NCBI GenBank assembly: GCA_013042495.1
Contig: JABDQB010000022.1
Coordinates: 1-27,500, forward strand
Length of the DNA: 27,500 bases
Direction of reading: 5' to 3'
Origin: Gemmatimonadota bacterium
GTDB taxonomy: Bacteria; Gemmatimonadota; Gemmatimonadetes; Palauibacterales; Palauibacteraceae
Under the pieces are notes generated by a model, which was given only the letters and a program-made list of their open reading frames with translations, was not told the DNA's origin and did no database searches. This document shows, in pieces, positions 20,184 to 27,500 of the stretch. The position numbers were made by a program, and so were the translations under genes. Every line of letters starts with the position of its first letter. Within the stretch, counting starts at the first letter, position 1.

Positions 20184-22571
20184 CTATCCTTCCTCACGCG
20201 CGTCGCGCATCAACTCGAACAGGCGGTTCGGGCTCAGCGGTATCTCGCGGACCTCGAAGCCGTCGACGTCGAGCGCGTTCTCCAGGGCCTGGGCGAACAG
20301 CGCACCGACCGGGATCGCTCCGGCTTCACCCACTCCTTTTACCCCCAGCGGGTTGAGGGGCGAGGGCGTCTCGACGTGGTCGGTCTCGATGGTCGGCACG
20401 TCGGTCGCCGTCGGCAGCAGGTAGTCCATGAACGAGGCGTTGAGAAGCTGGGCGCCCTCGTCGAATACGAGCTCCTCGTAGAACGCGTTCCCGATCCCGT
20501 GCGCCACGCCGCCGTGGATCTGTCCCTCCACGATCATCGGATTGATGACCCGTCCGCAGTCGTGCACCACGACGTAGCGCAGGATCCGGACAAGGGCGGT
20601 GTCCGGGTCGACTTCGAGAATCATGGCGTGTACGCCGCTCGCCGTGACGCCTCGCTCGGGCCCGAAGTACGCGGTGGCCTCGAGACCGGGTTCCGTACCC
20701 GGAGTCACCGCTCCGCGCAGCGGGTTGGCGAGCGCCGCCAGCTCGCCGAGTGAGATCGATTCCCCGCTTCCCACCACCCGCACCACGCCTTCTGCCAGGT
20801 CGAGATCTTCCTCGGCCGCTCCGAGCACGGAGCTCGCCATGGTGAGGACCTTCTTCCGCACTTCAAGCGCTGCCGCGTGGCAGGCGTTCCCGGCGACCAC
20901 CGCGCCCCGACTCGCGAACGTACCCGTGCCCCAGCCGAAGCGGGCGGTGTCTCCGGTCACGACCTCGACATCGGACGCCTGGACGCCGAGCTGCTCGGCC
21001 ACGATCTGGGCGAACGACGTGAAATGGCCCTGACCCTGCGTACCCACGCCTGTCACCAGGTTGATACGGCCGCCCGGCTCGATTCCCACTCGAGCGCCCT
21101 CGTACGGTCCGACGCCCGTGCCCTCCACGTACGAGACGATCCCCAGCCCCACGTGCCGACCTTCCGACCGCGCGGCCGCCCCTGCGCCGGACTCGAAGCC
21201 CGCGTAGTCGATCATCTCGACCGCCCGGTCCATCGCCTCCGCGTAGTTGCCGCTGTCATACACGAGGGGCTTGAAGTCCTGGTAGATGATCTCGTGGTCG
21301 TGCGGGAACTCCTCGGGGGTGAGGTAATTGCGGCGACGGATCTCGACCCGGTCGATCCCGAGCTCGTCCGCCGCCCGGTCCAGGAGGCGCTCCATCACGA
21401 ACACCCCGTGCTGCCGGCCGGCTCCCCGGACCGGCGTGCAGATAGGCTTGTTCGTGAACACCATCCGGAACTCGCTGTGGTAATTCGGGACCCGGTACGG
21501 GCCGAGCAGCGTGCACTGTGTGTTGATCGGAATCGTGAGGCCGTAGGGGTTATAGGCGCCGGTATCGCAGAGGAATTCGTCGCGCACACCCAGGATCCGT
21601 CCCTCCGCATCCACCGCGAGCTCCGACTCGTGGTCCTGCCCGCGCTCCTGCGTCGTCGCGAAGAAGCTCTCCTGCCGGTCCTCGATCCACTTCACCGGCT
21701 GGCCGAGCCGCATCGAGATCCAGGGAAGGAGCACCTCTTCGGGGTAGAACATCATGATCTTGGGTCCGAATCCTCCGCCGATGAACGGGGCGATCACCCG
21801 TACCTCCGACTGGGGAAGACCCAACATCGCCGCGAGCCCGTTGCGGATCGGAATCGGCGCCTGCGTCGTGTCCCACACCGTGAGCTCACGGCTGCGGGCG
21901 TCCCAATTGGCCACGATGCCGCGATTCTCCATCGGGGCCGAGGCTCCGTGATCGTACCAGAAGCGCCTCTTGATCACTCGGTGCGCCCGCTCGCGGACTT
22001 CCTCCCATGACCCTTTTCGCTGGATGACATGCGCTGCGAGGTTCGACTCGAGCTGATCGTGGATCCGAGGGGAGTCCGGTTCAAGGCCTCCCTTGAGGTC
22101 CGATACGACATCCAGCGGTTCGATATCCACTTCGACCAGGGCAGCCCCATCCTCGGCCTCGTATGGGCTCCGCGCCACGACGACCGCGATCGGTTCGCCG
22201 ACGTGCCGCACCTTGCCCTTGGCCAGCGGCACCTGCGTGGCGGCGTGAAACTCGAGGTCGTCGATAGGCGGTGGGGGAACGAGAAGCGGACCGGCCTCCC
22301 AGTAGTCACCGAGATCGTGCGCAGCGTAGGCCGCGACCACCCCGGGATGCTCGAGGGCGGCCGTGAGATCCACGGACTTGACGTTTCCGTGCGCGTAATC
22401 GCTCCGCACGAACGCCGCGTGCAGCATCCCATCCAGGTGAACGTCGTCCACGAACAGGGCCTCGCCCGTGAGAAGTCGGCGATCCTCGTTGCGCAGCGGA
22501 GACTCGCCCACCTGGCGGGGGCGGGCTGGGGCCTCTGCCGGAGGAGCCGCGAAGGTCGTGTCGTGGCTCAC
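20184..22571 (-). CDS. Mo-hydroxylase molybdopterin-binding large subunit (CoxL form II/XDH-like, not form I CODH)
   Basis: EDRRLLTG, TQAP, GGGFGPK, PVRGAGR, GQGH, FASRG, GQIHGG and KGVGE motifs. True start is GTG 22571, overlapping the small-subunit stop. Confidence 0.92.
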   Translation of the reverse strand: MSHDTTFAAPPAEAPARPRQVGESPLRNEDRRLLTGEALFVDDVHLDGMLHAAFVRSDYAHGNVKSVDLTAALEHPGVVAAYAAHDLGDYWEAGPLLVPPPPIDDLEFHAATQVPLAKGKVRHVGEPIAVVVARSPYEAEDGAALVEVDIEPLDVVSDLKGGLEPDSPRIHDQLESNLAAHVIQRKGSWEEVRERAHRVIKRRFWYDHGASAPMENRGIVANWDARSRELTVWDTTQAPIPIRNGLAAMLGLPQSEVRVIAPFIGGGFGPKIMMFYPEEVLLPWISMRLGQPVKWIEDRQESFFATTQERGQDHESELAVDAEGRILGVRDEFLCDTGAYNPYGLTIPINTQCTLLGPYRVPNYHSEFRMVFTNKPICTPVRGAGRQHGVFVMERLLDRAADELGIDRVEIRRRNYLTPEEFPHDHEIIYQDFKPLVYDSGNYAEAMDRAVEMIDYAGFESGAGAAARSEGRHVGLGIVSYVEGTGVGPYEGARVGIEPGGRINLVTGVGTQGQGHFTSFAQIVAEQLGVQASDVEVVTGDTARFGWGTGTFASRGAVVAGNACHAAALEVRKKVLTMASSVLGAAEEDLDLAEGVVRVVGSGESISLGELAALANPLRGAVTPGTEPGLEATAYFGPERGVTASGVHAMILEVDPDTALVRILRYVVVHDCGRVINPMIVEGQIHGGVAHGIGNAFYEELVFDEGAQLLNASFMDYLLPTATDVPTIETDHVETPSPLNPLGVKGVGEAGAIPVGALFAQALENALDVDGFEVREIPLSPNRLFELMRDAREEG

Positions 22572-23077
22572 GTGGCCATCCGATCCGCCGCCAGCCGCAC
22601 GGCCGTCACGATGTTCTGGTAGCCCGTGCAACGGCACAGGTGGCCGGAAAGGGCTTCCCGGATCTGCTCCTCGTCCGGGTCCGGGTTCTCTTCGAGAAAC
22701 GGGACGAGCGTCATCAGGATGCCGGGTGTGCAGAACCCGCATTGCAGGCCGTGAGATTCACGGAACGCGGCCTGGATCGGGTGAAGGTCGGCGTCTTCCG
22801 GATGCGGGATTCCGGATCCATCCGACGGTGTCGCCAGCCCCTCCACGGTGCTTATCTCGGCGCCATCCGCCTGCACGGCGAACACGAGGCACGAGCGCAC
22901 GGCCTCACCGTCGAGGAGGACCGTGCACGCGCCGCACACGCCGTGCTCGCATCCCACGTGCGTGCCCGTCAGGTGAAGGTCGTGCCGGAGGAAGTCGCTG
23001 AGGAGAAGCCGAGGCTCAACAGGCCGGTCGTAGGCTTTCCCGTTGACGGTCAATCGGATGGTCAGCGTCTCGCCCAA
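22568..23077 (-). CDS. Mo-hydroxylase (2Fe-2S)-binding small subunit, CoxS-like
   Basis: [12 protein letters not shown]...[10 protein letters not shown] and CRCTGY motifs. TTG start. Confidence 0.92.
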   Translation of the reverse strand: MGETLTIRLTVNGKAYDRPVEPRLLLSDFLRHDLHLTGTHVGCEHGVCGACTVLLDGEAVRSCLVFAVQADGAEISTVEGLATPSDGSGIPHPEDADLHPIQAAFRESHGLQCGFCTPGILMTLVPFLEENPDPDEEQIREALSGHLCRCTGYQNIVTAVRLAADRMAT

Positions 23078-23210
23078 CGGCTACGCCCCTTGTCCTGGAT
23101 TGCCGATCTGCGCTGAGGAGGTGATGAGACACGAAAAACCAATCTACGGAATAGTCACCGCGCGCGAAAATCCGTCACGGCGGTGCAAGTAGCGGACGAT
23201 CAGGATCGCT

Positions 23211-23249
23211 GGGAGTTGCCCCCGCCGGCCGAATCGAGCGATCTTGGGC
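23211..23249 (+). repeat. 39-bp direct repeat, copy 2 (contains promoter motif copy 3)
   Basis: 35/39 identity with 8259-8297. TTGCCC 23216-23221-N18-GATCTT 23240-23245. Confidence 0.8.
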
Positions 23250-23292
23250 CGCCGAACGCAGGCGCGATGACACATGCACAGCAGGAGACCGA

Positions 23293-25653
23293 TTGAGTAC
23301 GACAGGTACGCCCGGATACCAGAGGCTGTTCGCCGAGCTGAAGCGCCGGCGCGTGTTTCGCGTCGCTGCCGTGTACGGCGCCGTGGCCTTCGTGGTGCTC
23401 CAGGTCGCCGACATCATGGTGCCGGCTCTCGCGCTGCCGGAGTCCGTAACCCGGGCCGTGGCGCTCCTCCTGATTCTCGGGTTTCCGATCGCGCTGGTAA
23501 TGGCCTGGGCCTTCGAGCTCACCCCGGAAGGTATGAAGCGCACCGAAGAGGCGGACGCAGCCGAGATCGAGGCGATCGTGGCCGAGCCCAGGTCCCGGCG
23601 CTGGCCGAGTGGTGTACTCGCGCTGGTCGGGATCAGTGCCCTGGTCGTGGGTGCGTTCTTCGTGCTGCGACCCGAGGTCACGTTCCGGGGGCCGCGCGCC
23701 GTGGAAGCCGGCGAGGCGACTCCTGCCCTGGCGGTGCTCCCGTTCAGCGTGAACGGACCGGAATCGGAGTTCTGGCGTGAGGGCATGGCCAATACACTCG
23801 CCACCAACCTCAACGGGCTGGCGGGGCTTCGCACGGTCTCGAGCCGCACGGTGCTATCGCGCTGGGACGCGACCGTGGGAGACGGCGACGCTCCCGATCT
23901 CGACACAGCGCTCGGCGTGGCGCGCCAGTCGGGCGCGGCCTATGCGCTGATCGGGGACCTGGTGGTGGCCGGCGACCGAACGCAGGCGTCGGCTGACCTT
24001 TATGACGTCGAGACCGGTCAGCAGATCGGCCAGGCCCGTTCGGTGGGCTCCGTCGAAGGGGACAGCGCGTTCGCCCTCATCGACCGCTTCACGGTCGAGA
24101 TCGTGGGCGTATCGCCGACGCCAGAAGATGCGACGGTCTCCAACGTGGACCTTGCTCGCCTCACGACCACATCCGTGGAGGCCCTAAAGTCCTACCTCGA
24201 GGGAGAGTCCTTCTACCGTCGCTCGGATTTCGTGGCCGCGATCGAGGCCTACCAGCGAGCGGTGGACACCGACTCGACCTTCGCCATGGCGCACTACCGG
24301 CTCTCCAAGTCGTATGGCTGGGAACGCGGTAACGGGGCTGCCGACGGGCACTGGCTTGCGGCACAGCGCATGGCGGATCGGCTCCCGAGGCGGGAGAAGA
24401 TGCTGGTGGAGGCCAACGTGGCCTTTCTCCGCGGAAGGGTGCACGAGACGCTCGACATCCTGAACGAGGCCGTCCGGCTGTATCCGGATGATATGGAAGC
24501 GTGGTACGTGCTGGGTGACACGTACTACCACCTCGGGTACCAGGCCCTGGAGGACGCGCCGGCACAAACTGAGCGGGCGTTCGGCCGTGCCCTGGAACTC
24601 GATCCAACCGTCGGACCCACGCACATCCACTTGATCGAGAACGCATTTGCCCTTGGCGACAGCGCGTTGGCCAGACAGAGGATCGACGCGTTCCGGGAGA
24701 TCTCGGGCGGAAGTCCCACGCTCCAGGCGAACGAGCTCGCTTTTGCCATCGCGTTCGGGGACCCGACGGCCCGGGAGGCGGCGTTCACGGTCATTGATAC
24801 CACCGCCTTCAGGGACCGAAACGCCCTGGCCACGGTTGCGGCTGACCTTCGCCACCCGACGATGCTGGAATTGAAAGAAGAAGTGGCTCGACGCCTGCTC
24901 GAGGCCGGCATGGCCGGAGATTGGGAGTTCAATCTGGCGATCGGGCGGTCCATGGTTGCCGTGGACCGGGGGCGCTGGGACGACTTCCGAGCCTACGTGT
25001 CCGACGAGCGCATGGCTATCGCCGCCCCGTTCATGACGTATCGGGCCCTGCTGTTCGGCGTGCCTGTCCCGAGTGAGTTCGTACGTGACGAGTTGACCCT
25101 GACCGAAGCCGATACGCTGGCCCTGGATCCGGCAGCCTTGCCTCGTGTGCTCGTGGCCGCGGAACGCGGACAGGTGGGTGAGGTGAAGGCCGTCACCGAG
25201 AGGTGGTGGGCCGAGGCTGACTCGCTGGAGGCGGCCGGGTTCATGAGAGATGCTCGGGTCCAGCGTTGGTTGAACGAGATGGCGGAAGCAAGAGCGCAGT
25301 GGGGAGCCGGCGATCCCGAGGGCGCCCTGACCCGCCTGGTGCCGCTGCAGCGCGAAGCTACGGGGTGGCAATTCATGGTGCCGGTCAACGAGATCATCAC
25401 CACGTACGTGGCCGATCTGTATCTTGAACTCGGCAACAAGGAAGAGGCCGAACTCTTCTACCGGTCGCTGGTCGATCGTCCTCGGGCGGTCCTGGCGCTG
25501 GCCCGCCTTCGTGACGAGGCGGGCGACACCGAAGAGGCCGCCGCCTACTACGCGCGAGTGATCCAGTTCTGGGAGGACGCGGACCCCGAACTACAGCCGA
25601 AGGTGCAGGAAGCGCGGGAACGCTTGCAGGAGATCGTTCGGGCCAGGGGGTAG
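23293..25653 (+). CDS. Membrane-anchored TolB-like plus TPR protein, no catalytic domain seen
   Basis: YQRLFAELKRRRVF, three hydrophobic helices, ALAVLPF...EGMA domain and TTSVEALKSYLEG followed by TPRs. TTG start with AGGAG RBS. Confidence 0.85.
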   Translation: MSTTGTPGYQRLFAELKRRRVFRVAAVYGAVAFVVLQVADIMVPALALPESVTRAVALLLILGFPIALVMAWAFELTPEGMKRTEEADAAEIEAIVAEPRSRRWPSGVLALVGISALVVGAFFVLRPEVTFRGPRAVEAGEATPALAVLPFSVNGPESEFWREGMANTLATNLNGLAGLRTVSSRTVLSRWDATVGDGDAPDLDTALGVARQSGAAYALIGDLVVAGDRTQASADLYDVETGQQIGQARSVGSVEGDSAFALIDRFTVEIVGVSPTPEDATVSNVDLARLTTTSVEALKSYLEGESFYRRSDFVAAIEAYQRAVDTDSTFAMAHYRLSKSYGWERGNGAADGHWLAAQRMADRLPRREKMLVEANVAFLRGRVHETLDILNEAVRLYPDDMEAWYVLGDTYYHLGYQALEDAPAQTERAFGRALELDPTVGPTHIHLIENAFALGDSALARQRIDAFREISGGSPTLQANELAFAIAFGDPTAREAAFTVIDTTAFRDRNALATVAADLRHPTMLELKEEVARRLLEAGMAGDWEFNLAIGRSMVAVDRGRWDDFRAYVSDERMAIAAPFMTYRALLFGVPVPSEFVRDELTLTEADTLALDPAALPRVLVAAERGQVGEVKAVTERWWAEADSLEAAGFMRDARVQRWLNEMAEARAQWGAGDPEGALTRLVPLQREATGWQFMVPVNEIITTYVADLYLELGNKEEAELFYRSLVDRPRAVLALARLRDEAGDTEEAAAYYARVIQFWEDADPELQPKVQEARERLQEIVRARG

Positions 25654-25820
25654 TCGTCCGACGGCTACCGGGTCACGCTTGCCCTGCACGAGCTACTGGA
25701 AGCGCAGCCGGACCGGCAATAAGGCTGGCGATCGGGCCAACCCATCGACGCTTCGCCGAGTCTAAAAGACAGCACGCAACATAGTCCCTCGTTTCCACAG
25801 CGCCCGGCCGGAGACACGGC

Positions 25821-27104
25821 ATGTCAAGACGAGTCGTATCCATCCAAATCGTTCTTCCACTAATCATCTTACTTACGGCTTGCGATCCCGGAAGCGACGC
25901 GTCGGATTCGGGTCCCCGGTGGGAGGCCGCGATCGATACCGTCGCGGACACCGTCATCGTCCGGACCGTCTCGGGACAGGTGTGGGAGTCCGATCGGAAA
26001 CTCGTCTCGGAGGTGAGCATCGGCGTGCTGGACGGCGACCCCGAATACCAGTTCGGAAATGTGCGCGCGTTTGACGTGGACGACGCAGGCCGGATGTTCG
26101 TATACGATGCGCACGTCCCGGTGATACGGGTCTACGCTCCGGAGGGGACGTGGATCAGAGACATCGGCCGGGAAGGGGAGGGTCCGGGCGAGTACAAGCA
26201 GCCGGACTCGGGCCTGGCGATTCTGCCGGACGGGCGGGTGGCAATCCGCGATCCTGGCAACGGCCGCATCACCTTCTATTCACCGGGCGGTGAGTACGAA
26301 GGTTTCTATCGCATCGCCGGCAGTTTCAACACGAGCAACGCCATGATCGCCGACACGTCCGGCACGCTGGCGACCCCTATCGTAGCGAACCTCGGAACGT
26401 CGGTATTCGAGTGGAAATCCGGTCACGCCCGCTACTACCTCGATGGCACGGTGGACACGGTCATGACTCCGGATCTAGGGTACGAGGAGGCGCAGATCTC
26501 GGCCGAGCGGGAGGGCAGCATGAGCGTCAACTCCGTTCCGTTCAGTCCGGGGCAGGTCAGCGCCTGGAGTCCGTTCGGCTACTACATCGTCGGTGTAAAC
26601 GAGGACTACTCGTTCGACATCCTCAGGCCCGAAGGCGTTCTCCGCATCAGCAAGCAGTACGAACCCGTTCCTGTAGATCACGGTGAGTCCGCGGCCGAGC
26701 GGAAGGCTGCGACCGACAACTTCCGGCAGAGCTACCCGGGCTGGAAGTGGAACGGCCCGCCGATCCCCGACGTCAAGCCTGCATATAGCCAGTATTACCC
26801 TTCAAATGACGGACGGATCTGGGTCCGCATACCTGCGCCGTCCGAGCGCTATATGGACGCGGCGGAGCAGAAGGCGGAGGAGGAGCGGCTCGGGCGTGCC
26901 GTGAACCCGTTCCGGGAGCCCGTGCGCTTCGACGTATTCGAGTCCACCGGCGAGTACCTGGGGCGCGTCTCGGCGCCGGAAGGCTTCTCCGCTCGCTGGC
27001 CGAAGCCGGTATTCCGAGGGGACACGGTCTGGGCCATCGTGCGCGACGAATACGACGTGCAGCGCCTGCATCGGTTCCGGCTGGAGGCCATCACGAGCGA
27101 CTGA
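25821..27104 (+). CDS. Lipoprotein, probable 6-bladed beta-propeller (NHL-like)
   Basis: Lipobox LTAC (Cys21). Repeats such as FDVDDAGRMFVYD and IRDIGREGEGPGEY. GGAG RBS. Confidence 0.78.
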   Translation: MSRRVVSIQIVLPLIILLTACDPGSDASDSGPRWEAAIDTVADTVIVRTVSGQVWESDRKLVSEVSIGVLDGDPEYQFGNVRAFDVDDAGRMFVYDAHVPVIRVYAPEGTWIRDIGREGEGPGEYKQPDSGLAILPDGRVAIRDPGNGRITFYSPGGEYEGFYRIAGSFNTSNAMIADTSGTLATPIVANLGTSVFEWKSGHARYYLDGTVDTVMTPDLGYEEAQISAEREGSMSVNSVPFSPGQVSAWSPFGYYIVGVNEDYSFDILRPEGVLRISKQYEPVPVDHGESAAERKAATDNFRQSYPGWKWNGPPIPDVKPAYSQYYPSNDGRIWVRIPAPSERYMDAAEQKAEEERLGRAVNPFREPVRFDVFESTGEYLGRVSAPEGFSARWPKPVFRGDTVWAIVRDEYDVQRLHRFRLEAITSD

Positions 27105-27122
27105 CCGGTTCGCCCCGATCGG

Positions 27123-27152
27123 TTGCCCTGAGCCACGGGTTCCAGCGATCTT
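27123..27152 (+). promoter_or_regulatory. Recurring promoter motif, copy 4 (leaderless-type)
   Basis: TTGCCC 27123-27128-N18-GATCTT 27147-27152. ATG 27159 follows after 6 nt with no SD. Confidence 0.55.
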
Positions 27153-27158
27153 GCCCGC

Positions 27159-27500
27159 ATGGCAACTACTCCAGCTTATCAGCGGTTCTTCGCCGAGTTG
27201 AAACGGCGCCGGGTCTTCCGCGTCGCAGCGGTATATGGCGGCAGCGCGTTCGTAGTGCTGCAGGTGGTGGACGTGATGGCCGAGGGGCTCAACCTGTCGC
27301 CGGGCGTGCTTCAGGCGGTCACCGTCCTGATCCTGGCCGGATTTCCGATCGCGATTGCGCTCGCCTGGGCATTCCAGGTCACTCCCGAGGGCGTTCGGCG
27401 CACCGAACCCGCCACGAGCGCCGACCTCGACTCCATCGTGGCCCAGCCGCGGCGACAGCGCTGGCCGGCAGGGATTCTGGGACTTCTCGGAGGCATAGCC
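27159..27500 (+). CDS. N-terminus of a further FAELKRR-type membrane protein (3' truncated; absent from ORF track)
   Basis: Hand translation MATTPAYQRFFAELKRRRVFRVAAVYGGSAFVVLQVVD...GFPIAIALAWAFQVTPEGVRRTE...RWPAGILGLLGGIA. Frame stays open to the window end. Confidence 0.85.
   Translation, partial: MATTPAYQRFFAELKRRRVFRVAAVYGGSAFVVLQVVDVMAEGLNLSPGVLQAVTVLILAGFPIAIALAWAFQVTPEGVRRTEPATSADLDSIVAQPRRQRWPAGILGLLGGIA

Noticed and set aside
20184-22571. Annotation as aerobic CO dehydrogenase large subunit
   Set aside because: Lacks the AYxCSFR Cu-binding loop and the M-S-L gene order.
23115-23192. Near-perfect SD (GAGGAGGTG) before a 22-aa ORF MRHEKPIYGIVTARENPSRRCK
   Set aside because: The SD abuts the ATG with too short a spacing and no upstream promoter is evident. 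The alternative reading as an anti-SD in the coxS-like leader gives only about 5 weak base pairs.

Overview
A GC-rich bacterial window; gene content is reminiscent of Gemmatimonadota, which is an unverified inference. I found no rRNA, tRNA, CRISPR array or transposase. It contains four paralogous membrane-anchored TolB-like/TPR genes (1-849 partial, 8301-10085, 23293-25653, 27159-end partial) with cargo genes between them. (1) A B12-binding radical SAM gene and an acyltransferase are separated by an AT-rich stretch, an unidentified structured RNA and a terminator. (2) A minus-strand operon encodes two unannotated micro-membrane proteins, CIA30, an FeS-type (6-4) photolyase-like protein and a SlyD-type PPIase; its promoter carries 11-bp-spaced TnnACA repeats. 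(3) A convergent catabolic cluster comprises an Sfp-type PPTase, fdrA and DUF1116 on the + strand, facing a Mo-hydroxylase (S-L-CoxG-M), NCS1 permease, family III CoA transferase, cyclase-family hydrolase and amidase on the - strand. This cluster looks like an uncharacterised N-heterocycle degradation route, possibly via oxalurate/oxamate. A promoter-like motif TTGCC(C/A)-N18-GATCTT recurs four times, and three copies are positioned to give leaderless mRNAs.
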